Shown here: positions 53,742 through 64,000 of the stretch, piece by piece
Numbering within the stretch: the first letter of the stretch is position 1
Layout of the letters: every line of letters starts with the position of its first letter
From: Macrostomum lignano
Taxonomy: Eukaryota
DNA: 64,000 bases
Direction: 5' to 3'
NCBI GenBank assembly: GCA_002269645.1
Contig: NIVC01003161.1
Location: forward strand, 14,743 to 78,742
Program-made: the position numbers and the translations under genes
The notes under the pieces: generated by a model
Told to the model about the DNA's origin: nothing
The model's database searches: none
What the model saw: only the letters and a program-made list of their open reading frames with translations

Positions 53742-56700
53742 CTATTTCTTAGACGCGGCGGCAGCGATGCCAGAGCACAGGTCGCGATGCAGCACGCTGC
53801 CCAGAGTCATCTGTTCGCAGTGGACTCTCAGCAGATTGGCCTGCCGATCCAACGCCACGTAGACTGGAATTGGCCGACTGGCACAGGACCGGCCGGCGAA
53901 CCACAGCTGTCCGGTTGGGGCGCCGGACACTGCCACCAGATTGGCGCTGGATCGGACAGCTTCGGCCAGGTCCGAGTCGCTTAGCTGGCTGGCGGCTTCG
54001 GGTAGGCGGCCTAAAGAAGGACACGGTGTACTATTGCAGCTCAATTTAGGTCTATATGTACTTTTGTAGACTAATCAGGGACACATGTACTTTTTTATGA
54101 TACAAAAACGTGTAATTTTTAGCAGGATTAAAACAATATGCACTTTTGAAGACTAATTAAAAAAAATATTTTGCAGCCTAATTAAGGACAGTACATGTAC
54201 GAAGTATGTACCTTTGTAGCATAATTTAGGTCCATATGTACTTTTGTGAGACTAATCAGGGACACGTACTTTTTTAGCACAATACAACATGTGTACTTGT
54301 GTTACCCCATGAAGGACAATAAGTACTTTTGTATGAAAAAAACCGTGTACTTTTTAGCCTGATTTAAACAATATGCACTTTTGAGGACTAATTAAAACAA
54401 TTTTTTTGCAGCCCATTAAGGACAGTATATGTATGTACTTTTGTAGCATAATTAAGATTAGTATGTACTTTTGTAGCCGAATTTAGGACAACCTGTACTC
54501 TCGTAGCGCATTACAAGAAGCATATGTACTTATAGCTAAATAAATTGAAGACTTAGTGTACTTTTGTATTTTAGTTAAGAACAATATGTACTTGACCATT
54601 TAAGGATTATAAAAATCAATCTACTAATCTACCTTTCTCCTCATTAAGTCCTTTTAGCTTGCCAGACTCGGCAGTAAACTGCTGAGCAGACATAGTAACC
54701 GGGGCCAGCAGTTCCCCAACCGGAGGCTGGACGCTAGCCCGAATCTCCTGGGCGCCATTGTCCCAGCGCAGTAACAGCTGACAGGCTGTGGTTGAGTCGC
54801 CCCAGGCCACTTCAGCCTGTCGGGTGGTATTAACGCCAGGCTCCAGGGTGTCAATGGGTTCCGGCGGTTGCAGAGCCGGTCCGGCGGCGTGCTGCAGGGT
54901 CACGTGACGCATCGCGGCGCTGCTGTGATTGGTGAAGACTAGGCTAAGAGCGATTCGACCGCTGGCTAGGCAGGTGCGAGGGAAGGAGTAGTCCACCTGG
55001 GGGATTAGATGGGGCATAAGTGTTATATTATGTAATTCGCTTTTACAAGCTCACTCAATTTATATACAGGTTAGTAGTCGATGTAGCCTGTCAATAAGAA
55101 CCCATTTTGAGCTTCAATTAGACGTTAATTAGGGGAAAAAATAATTATTAGGCGACAATTAGAAGCCAAATTGGGCGACAATTAGAAGCGAAATTAAGCG
55201 CCAATTAGAAGTCAAATTAAGCGACAATTAGAAGCCAATTTAGGGACAATTAGAAGCCAAATTAAGTGACAATTAGAAGCCAATTCAGGGACAATTAGAA
55301 GCCAAATTAAGTGACAATTAGAAGCGAATTTAGGGACAATTAAAAGCCAATTCAGGGACAATTAGATGCAAAATTAAACGACAATAAGAAGTCAAATTAA
55401 GCGACAATTAGAAGCCAATTTAGGGACAATTAGAAGCCAAATTAAGTGACAATTAGAAGCCAATTCAGGGACAATTAGAAGCCAAATTAAGTGACAATTA
55501 GAAGCCAATTTAGGGACAATTAAAAGCCAATTCAGGGACAATTAGATGCAAAATTAAACGACAATAAGAAGTCAAATTAAGCGACAATTAGAAGCTAAAT
55601 TAAGTGACAATTAGATGTTAAATTAAGCGAGAATTATAAGTCAAATAAATCGTCAATTAGAAGCTAAATTAAGCGATAATTAGAAGCCAAATTAAGCGCC
55701 AATTAGAAGCCAAATCGAGCCAAAATTAGAACCTAAATTAAGCGACAATTAGAATTCAAATTAGGCGACAATTAGAAGGCCAAATTAAGCACCATTTGGA
55801 AAGCTAAATTAAACGCTAAATAGAAGCCAAATAAATCGTCAATTAGAAGCCAAATTAAGCATTAATTAGAAGCCAAATTAGGCGCTAATTAAAAGACAAA
55901 TTAAGCACCTTTTAGAAGCCAAATTAGGCATTTTTTTAAACCAAATTAGGCGCCAATTATTAGCCGTTTTTTCTAAAGACAAAAGAAAAAGAAACAATAC
56001 GTATATACGCACCTGCAAGCCAGAAGCGCTGTACTTATTAACCAGACTGTACATCCTGCTAGGCGTGGGCAGAAGCAGCAGATCATCCGGCATCAGACCG
56101 AACGGATCAACTGGCCGACTGGTAGACTTCGACGGAGCAGCTGGGGCAGCGGTTGGATTAGTCGGGCCGAAATCTAACAGGCTGGCTTCCGCCGGCTGTT
56201 GCTGCTTCTGCTTGGATTTCTGCTCTTTCGGCTTGACAGTCACGGCTGGTTTTGCATTTTGTTGCTGCTTAGTTTTAGGCGGCGCCGCCACTGAAGAGTC
56301 TGATGAGTCTTCTTCTTCTTCATCTGAATCTTCATCTTCGTCTGAGTCGTTTTCTTCTTCTTCAGAAGATTCCTGCGTCTTCACGGGCTTTTTCTGCTGA
56401 ACGATCGGCTTCTTTTTAGTATTCTCTTCCTCGCTGGAATCCTCTTCTTCATCATCATCTTCCTCTTCTTCTTCTTCTTCATCTTCATCTTCCTCCTCAT
56501 CTTCTTCATCATCTTCCTCATCTTCGTCTTCATCTTCTGATTCGTCTGAGCTGCCGGAAATCCTGTCGACGCCGCCGCGAGAATAAGCGGCCATAGACGA
56601 TGGCGCCGGAGCGGGCGCGGCCACAGCCCGAACGCTCGAATCCGGCTGCTCAGCAGGCCAGTCTGGCAGAGCCTGGTAGCCCGGCAGTCGGAGATTAAGC

Positions 56701-59700
56701 AGGTGCGACAGGCTGCCCAGCTGGAATGGCGACTTTTCGGCGAATCTAGACTGAACCTCCGGAGCGGGCTTCGGCGCTAATAGTATCTTCTTCACTCGCT
56801 TGCCGGCTAGCAGTGTCGGTTCAGCGACGCTCGGATCCGGCAGGACTAGCGGGCGTAGGAATCTGCTGCGATCGCGGATGTCGTAGTTCTGATCGTATTT
56901 GGCCAGGTTCAGCACGTACTGGGCTAGCAGACGGGCCTGCTTGGGATTGCACACACACAGCTTGGCGGCCAGGTTCACGATCTGCAGCTTCACCTGCGGC
57001 GATGAAGCGGTATGCTAATCTTGAGGATCAGGTAAGGTTTTCCCAGCAACTGACACTCTGGGAGGCCGTGGCCCAGCAAATCAGGATCTGGGAGGCTGGC
57101 GGCCCGGCAACTGAGGATCTGGGAGGCTGGCGGCCCGGCAACTGAGGATCTGGGAGGCTGGCGGCCCGGCAACTGAGGATCTGGGAGGCTGGCGGCCCGG
57201 CAACTGAGGATCTGGGAAGCTGGCCCAGCAACTCAGGGTCTGGGAGGCTGGCCCAGCAACTCAGGATCTGGGAGACTGGCATAGCAACTGACACTCTGCA
57301 TGGGAGGCTGTTCCAGCAACTGACACTATGGGAGGCTGGCCCAGCAACTGACACTCTGGGAGGCTGGCCCAGCAACTGACACTCTGGGAGGCTGGCCCAG
57401 CAACTGAGGATCTGGGAGGCTGGCTCAGCAACTAAGGATATGGGTAACTGAGTGACAAACCCTCACCTGGTCCTCCTCCTCCAAGAATGACTTGGCAAAC
57501 TTGCGCAGCACGTCAGGCGCAATCTTCGGTATGCGATCGCAGTACTCGCCAATCAGCCACAGAATAGAGGCCCTGGCCCTAGGTATGGCGATGCCATCAA
57601 CCAGCCTGGCGAGGTCAACAATCATGTGACTGTGATCGCTTGTTTGCACCTGTAGTAGTTTCTTAATTACTACTATAGCCTCAGCAACAACAGATTCGTC
57701 TTTTTTAGCCAGCAGACTGACAAGGTTATTCAGGCAGGTGTCGGTGGTGTCGGGCAGCTGGGAGGCGCATCGACCGATGGCGCGTACAGCGGCGCTTGCC
57801 AGTTCAGAGTCTGGCGACGATACGTAGGCTTGCAGTTCGCGGAGCAGAACCTACAGTATGTGAACGAATAATGGGATTGAAATAGCCATTCATGAGCTTA
57901 CAGGGCCAATGTAAAAACCAGTCACCAAGGTCTAGAAGGTACATGTACAGGGTACACCCTGTGCGAGCGAGAGTTCTTAATGGCTCATTGGGTCTGCGAA
58001 GTGGAATGGCTCTTAAGTCGCCAAGGCTTATAAGAGGAGAATTGCTACTGAGATCCCAAGGCTTAAAAAACACATCAAATAGAACTAACTCTTTACAGAC
58101 TATTATTATGTTTGTAAGCTTTGATCCCCCAAAGGGGGCTTCGTGCGCTAGTCCACATACTAAGTTGATAAAAGTCTAATTACTGTCAATTAGACAATAA
58201 AACTCACCGGAAAATTAGAATCGGTAGCCAGATTAGTAAGAATATCCAGTTTCACCAATTTCACACTACTCGAGTCGGTGCTATGAATGTAGAAACACTT
58301 CAAATGACCGGATAGCAGATGCGGCGAACTGGCCGACAGGGCCGACAGACTGGTCAGTACGCAGCTTTGCACTTCGGGCGAGGCGCGTAACAAGCGAACT
58401 AGATGACGGATTACAATATTCATGTAGCCGGGAGGGGCGCAGTGGTAATACAGCTGGGCTACAGCCATCACTACAGCCGCGTTCTGGCTTTGGAATAGCG
58501 GTCGAACTGTCCGCAGTAGCAGCTCGTGATCCGGGTCTAGCGGGTTTTGCCTCTCCTGCTTTTGGTTCTGCTGGGCTGGATCTAGGAACTGCGTGCGGAC
58601 GTACCTGGATTGGGACAGGGTGGGGACAGATGGATAGATAGGTAGATAGAGCAACAGTATCCACGTTGGGGTAGAATGAGGGTAGACACTGGGGTAGAGT
58701 GAGAGAGTAGACACAGTGGGGTAGAGTGAGAGTAGACACAGTGGGGTAGAGTGAGAGTAGGCACAGTGGGGTAGAGTGAGAGTAGACACAGTGAGGACGA
58801 GGTAAAGTGAGATAGTAGTAGACACACTGGGTAGAGAGAGTAGACAGAGAAGTAGAGTGAGATAAGAGTAGGCACTATGGGGTAAGAGTGAGAGAGTAGA
58901 CAAAGTGAGGTAGAGTGAGGGAGTAAACACAGTAGGGTAGAGTGAGAGACTAGACACAGTGGGGTAGAGTGGATAGTAGACACAGTGAGGTAAAGTGAGA
59001 TAGTAGTAGACACACTGGGTAGAGAGAGAGAGTAGACAGTGAAGTAGAGTGAGATAAGAGTAGGCACTATGGGGTAAGAGTGAGAGAGTAGACACAATGG
59101 GGTAGAGGGAGAGTAGAAGAAGTGATAGTGAGATGGTTTGCACAGCAGCAGGGGGCTCACCTAGTCAGCATATTGATAATGACAACCTGTCCCCAGTCTT
59201 GCACATCGGCTAGCAGTTCGCACAACTTCCTATAATTCTTGTGAATCAAATCGATTCGATTCGGACAAATCTCTTCAAAAGCTTGTATAGCAACGCCAAC
59301 AACTAGTGTGGTTTTATCGGCTAGCAGTTTCTCAATAACGCCCATTAACTGTGGCTTAGTCTCTGGGTCTAGGCTATAGATTTTCGGTATGGCCAATGCG
59401 GCAGTTTTACGAACGTAGGCTGACATATCGGACACAGCGTCTTGCAGAGCGAGAGTCTGTATTGGCAGGATCACGGGCACTCGAATACTAGTTAAGACTC
59501 GAAGAGCGCTAGCCCTAATCAGCTGATTAGGATCTTTCAAAGCGCGCTGGAATGTAGCAATAGACAGCAAAGCCAAGTCTTGCTGCTCCTCGGCGTAGCG
59601 AGTCAAGTAAACGTAAACCAATTTTTTCACTTCCGAATTTTTCGATACGACATTTTTAACAACAGACGGAAACAAATCCGAGCAATCTTTGCCCTTAGCA

Positions 59701-59945
59701 ACCATAGCTATGATTCTGCGCATAGCTTCGAGTTTCTGCGAATCTTTGCTAGACTCTAACATCGCTCTTAGGTCGTCGTGCTTTTTGAAATCGCCGGAGA
59801 AGAACGCGGAGCCAGCTGGATCAGCGGCGCTACTCCGGGTGCCTCGGTCGCCATCCTGACTGCCCGTTGATGAGGCGTGATCTGGCGGGGGCAGGCCCAG
59901 CTGGTCCATGGGCGAATTGTAGGGTTGGAAACCGCCGTTGCTCAT
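53742..59945 (-). CDS. AP3B1: AP-3 adaptor complex subunit beta, complete, about 1059 aa, 6 exons
   Basis: Exons 59161-59945, 58208-58604, 57467-57850, 56013-56993, 54633-54996 and 53742-54010 are all phase-consistent (3180 nt). Signature sequences: [58 protein letters not shown] and [12 protein letters not shown], an acidic hinge, and a C-terminal ear domain. Confidence 0.97.
54050..54600. repeat. Degenerate ~30-bp ATGTACTTTTGTAG-type array in AP3B intron 5
   Basis: Recurrent ATGTACTTTT motif. Confidence 0.7.
55150..55960. repeat. 22-23-bp minisatellite (ACAATTAGAAGCCAAATTAAGCG) in AP3B intron 4
   Basis: Direct. Confidence 0.92.
57025..57432 (-). repeat. CCCAGATCCTCAGTTGCT minisatellite family in AP3B intron 3
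   Basis: Direct; same sense orientation relative to transcription as in the deiminase introns. Confidence 0.9.
58640..59110. repeat. ~25-27-bp purine-rich minisatellite (GAGTAGACACAGTGGGGTAGAGTGA) in AP3B intron 1
   Basis: Direct, degenerate. Confidence 0.85.
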
Positions 59946-60169
59946 TTTGCTGGCGCTGCTGCAGAAAGGTGCAGATCACGACAGATGAGTTGCGGCGTAC
60001 AATTGCTACTGTATGACACGCTGATATTCTCTGTATCGTATGGGGCTAGCCTAGGGTTCAATCAGGGTGTGGGATTAATCATGGGATACTTAAATATATG
60101 GGGTCGCTTAGATCATGGGGTATTGCTTGGTCTGGAATAGATTAGAGTGGGCTTGCTTTGAGGGAGATC

Positions 60170-60560
60170 AATCAGAGTATGGATTGAGGTATGGGATCAA
60201 TCGGGGTATGGGATCAATCGGGGTATGGGATCAATCGGGGTATGGGATCAATCAGTGTATGGGATCAATCAGTGTATGGGATCAATCAGACTATGGGATC
60301 ATTCAGTGTATGGGATCAATCAGTGTATGGGATCAATCAGACTATGGGATCAATCAGTGTATGGGATTAATCAGTGTATGGGATCAATCAGACTATGGGA
60401 TCAATCAGTGTATGGGATCAATCAGTGTATGGGATTAATCAGTGTATGGGATCAATCAGACTATGGGATCAATCAGTGTATGGGATTAATCAGTGTATGG
60501 GATCAATCAGACTATGGGATCAATCAGTGTATGGGATTAATCAGTGTATGGGATCTATCA
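60170..60560. repeat. 17-bp minisatellite (GTATGGGATCAATCAGT) with higher-order variants, upstream of the AP3B ATG
   Basis: Direct. Confidence 0.92.
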
Positions 60561-61509
60561 GGGTTTGGAATCACCCTAGGGTGCGAGATCAATATTTAAT
60601 TATAGGATTGCAAACTAAACCCTGTATAATCATAACTTTCTAACTAAAAAAAGTTAGCAAAAAAGTCAGAAATACTCCAAAGCGTTACACACTGAGACCA
60701 AAAGAACTCAACAAAATAAGCGCTGCACCCATCCCCAAAACAGCAAACCGCTTTCCAGCAGAGGAGGAGCAGGTAGGCTGGCGCGGAAAAAAAGCTACGA
60801 CTCTCGTTCACCCTCTCTCCCAAACCGCCAAACGTTTGCCAATGTATTTATTTGCCAAGACAACTTTAAACAGCTATAACCAAACTGAACGCTCTCTGTG
60901 AAGCAAGAGGGGAATCACTGGGGACGGGTATAACACGTCAAGCAGACACTGGGACAGACAGAGTTAATCGTCAAGCAGTTTCAGTCGAGCACAAATCAAA
61001 CAACAAAGAATTTTTTTTAGCCACTCGCGCACTTTTTGTCGAACTCTTTCAAAGATCGATTTGGAAAAGAACCCCAATAGCGACGAAGAAATTTCATAAA
61101 ACGAAAACAATATGATGGCATTCCAATCCCCGAACGTAAGGGTATTAAAAGATTAAATTTAGACTTTAAAAAAGAGGAACAAAAAATAATAGAGCAAACA
61201 GCTGTAGTTAAGCATGGTAAGCCTACAGTTACTAGAATAGCTAGATTTCACTCACAAAATACACTTGCATACTTTTTTTCAGTAGCAAAGTTAGCTTTTA
61301 TTCTTTGTTTTAGCAAAATGAAAAAATATTGAAGTTTCCAAGATACTAAAATTTATTTTCTGCAACAATCGTCTCTGACTTTCTACAAGCAGACCCATTA
61401 AACAAGCTTCTTCCCCCTGTTTTACAGACTCTAGACTGCCTCAGACTTGAAATTATTCAAAAGCAGTGTTTGAAACGTCGCTTCTGCATTAGTAGGCAAG
61501 AAAGAAAAA

Positions 61510-62035
61510 GATTGGCGCCTCTTCCCTCCAGCCAGGCCGATAAACAGTTTGGCTTACCTTTTGCCTGCTTGTCTGAGTTTTTCCCCTCCTTACTGCGCTC
61601 TCATTGGCTGAGCCAGATCGGGCCTGTCCCCTAGACTGAGTTTCGTCTGTCTGATTTTGCCCTCTCTCCTTACTGCTCTCTTATTGGCTGAGCCAGATCG
61701 GGCCTGTCCCCTAGACTGAGTTTCGTCTGTCTGATTTTTCCCTCTCTCCTTACTGCTCTCTTATTGGCTGAGCCAGATCGGGCCTGTCCCCTAGACTGAG
61801 TTTCGTCTGTCTGATTTTGCCCTCTCTCCTTACTGCTGCTCTCATTGGCTGAGCCAGATCGGGCCTGTCCCCTAGACTGAGTTTCGTCTGTCTGATTTTG
61901 CCCTCTCTCCTTACTGCTCTCTTATTGGCTGAGCCAGATCGGGCCTGTCCCCTAGACTGAGTTTCGTCTGTCTGATTTTGCCCTCACTCCTTACTGCTCT
62001 CATTGGCTGAGCCAGATTGGGCCAGATCAGCCAGA
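61510..62035 (-). repeat. Dispersed element with ~80-bp CCAAT-containing tandem units (about 5.5 copies)
   Basis: Period 80 (CTAGACTGAG at 61631 and 61711); homologous to 49075-49390. Confidence 0.88.
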
Positions 62036-62394
62036 TTTTCATTCGTTTTCATTCGTTTTCATTCCCAAAAGAACGAAATTTTAGACTCCCAAATTAAATT
62101 TAAATGACAATGCGCAGACAAACTACTGAGAACAAGAGAATACATACTACTGTTTATGACTTTACTGCGAGTAACATACCTAGTTATTCTAGTATCTGTG
62201 GATAAAACCTAGCAAAATAATAACAATTCTAACAACACGCCCAATTTACGTAAGTAAATACCGGTGGATATACTTAGTATTATCAATTCCTATTTAATGC
62301 AGCCGAAACAGATGACAATAGACAGAGTCGCTGAAAATCGTACGCAAGGGCGCCAATTTCCCGTTTAAGGAGTTTATCGAATAAATAATTGCTA

Positions 62395-63725
62395 TTAACC
62401 GGAAATCTTGACGGATTCCACAGCGCTGGCCAGATCTCCAGCCGCCTTCTTCTTGGCCTTCTTCTTTTGGGCTTTCTTGTTCAGCGCGCCAGTGATTACT
62501 TTCAGTAGTTCGGCGTCCTCAATTTTATTATCGGATTTGTAAGCGGCGGTATCGAATGGCAGGCCCGTGATGCGCATTTGGCCTGTTGGGGGGGGGGGTT
62601 ATTCAATATATCATTTTAATTAAAGTACATTAAACAATTGAAAATCTACAATACTCGAAGTGTTGCTCAGATTTCCCATGGGTTCATTTTTGTTAATTAG
62701 AGGGGGTATTTTTAGATTCCTATTGGATATTTCCGCTAAGTAAAATGGAATTTGCCATCCAATTTTTAGCCCCCCCCCCACATTTTTCCGCTAGATAAGA
62801 AGGGGAATTTCTCGCTAGATAAGAAGGGGAATTTCTCGCTAGATAAGGGGAATTTCTCGCTAGATAAGAAGGGGAATTTCTCGCTAGATAAGGGGAATTT
62901 CTCGCTAGATAAGAAGGGGAATTTCTCGCTAGATAAGAAGGGGAATTTCTCGCTAGATAAGAAGGGGAAATTCTCGCTAGATAAGAAGGGGGTTTTTTGC
63001 TAGATAGGAAAGTAATTTCTCGCTAAAAAGAAGGGAATTTCTCGCTAGATACGGAGAATTTTTCGCTAGAATAAAGGGGGAATTGTTCAATAGAAAAAGG
63101 AAATTTCTCAGATAGCTGACAAAGGATTTTTTTGTCAAAAAATCGACAAACTTGGTGCAGATGCAGACTTTTCAAGTCGATGTATGCAGGGGAATTTTCC
63201 CTTAATTTCATCTGATTTCTTATCCCCACACAGCTCACCGTTCGGCATCAGCAGCAGAGTAAATTTGAACTGAGCAACAAACTCTGCGTCCTTCTCCCAG
63301 TAGACAGTCAGCGGCTCAACCAGAGAATGCTTGACGCATTCGACAACGCCCATACGAGCCTTGTTCTCGTCTTCGAACGAGCGCAACGAGAACGGATAGG
63401 CCTGGAACTTGGCGTTCATCTCGGAAAAGAACTGACGAGACGCTTTCATCTTCAAGCTGTAGACCGTCTCCTTCTTCCTGAACACCGTGGTCTTGGTGTC
63501 GCGCTCCTTGGCCTTGCCATCGCCAGTCGACACCAGCACATCGACGTTCCAAACTTCGTGGACGTCGAATTCGCATTTTTCAACAGCTTTCTTAACAGTC
63601 TCGTCCGGATTCCAAACAACTGACTTGTCCGCTTCTACAACGTGCTGTTTGGCCAAGTGGCACTGCATGTTCTCAACCATTTTGCACTTGTAGGCGCTGG
63701 CAATTTTCTGGGCCGTGTCAGCCAC
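62395..63725 (-). CDS. PA2G4: Proliferation-associated 2G4 (EBP1, metallopeptidase M24 fold), last two exons; the 5' part lies beyond the window
   Basis: Exons 63239-63725 and 62395-62582, phase 1. Sequences include [62 protein letters not shown] and a Lys-rich KKAQKKKAKKK tail. Confidence 0.97.
62800..63110. repeat. 21-24-bp minisatellite (AGGGGAATTTCTCGCTAGATAAGA) in the last PA2G4 intron
   Basis: Direct. Confidence 0.92.
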
Positions 63726-63899
63726 CTGAGTCAATGCGCGATTTCATTATGAAGAATGGGATTGATGAAGCATGTACTAGCTGCTTAACGTAACTTAGAT
63801 TCAGTGGCTACCTGTGCATCTTACAGTGGCTACCTATACACCTACAATGGCTACATGTAGATCCTTCATTTACTTATCTATAGATCACTTATTAGCTAC

Positions 63900-64000
63900 C
63901 TGGAAGTCCCTCAGTAGTATCACTAGTTACCTATTATCCCCTAGATCTCTCAGCAGCTAATCCCCTAGATCCCTCAGCAGCTAATCCCCTAGATCCCTCA
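63900..64000. repeat. ~24-bp minisatellite (CCCCTAGATCCCTCAGCAGCTAAT), running off the window edge, intronic
   Basis: Direct; about 3 copies visible. Confidence 0.75.

Noticed and set aside
55878-56012. Extension of the AP3B ORF into [11 protein letters not shown]...
   Set aside because: Read-through into intron 4 past the CAG-GTGCGT donor at 56013.
59945-62395. PA2G4-AP3B as an operon-like pair
   Set aside because: Same strand, but separated by about 2.4 kb containing repeats; nothing in the sequence shows co-transcription.

Overview
Eukaryotic, intron-rich animal genomic DNA. GC-rich exons sit in AT-rich introns packed with tandem arrays, and the style suggests a free-living flatworm such as Macrostomum, which is an inference only. 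Genes reconstructed by hand from splice sites and reading phase: (1) FRMD3/FRMD5-like FERM protein with a C-terminal membrane anchor, minus strand, 1627-19560, 15 exons; (2) a type I membrane protein with PAN-like, discoidin/fucolectin-like, EGF and TSP1 modules, minus strand, 23961-30828, carrying several disablements; (3) a cluster of three secreted Apple/PAN + LamG genes, one intact, one truncated and one pseudogene (36131-44230); (4) a TPR protein with two C-terminal hydrophobic segments (46521-48037); (5) an intact, spliced bacterial-type agmatine/peptidylarginine deiminase (49774-51640); (6) complete AP-3 beta subunit (53742-59945); (7) the 3' part of PA2G4/EBP1 (62395-63725). Mobile DNA: an intact-ORF mariner, a Helitron-like 5' fragment, a Gypsy RT remnant, an RNase H-bearing LINE 3' end, a tRNA-derived SINE, MITEs, and a family of 43-52 bp hAT-like micro-elements with 8-bp target site duplications (TSDs). 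About 25 micro/minisatellite arrays generate most of the long ORFs in the supplied track, and those ORFs are artefacts. No CRISPR, rRNA or true tRNA gene was found.
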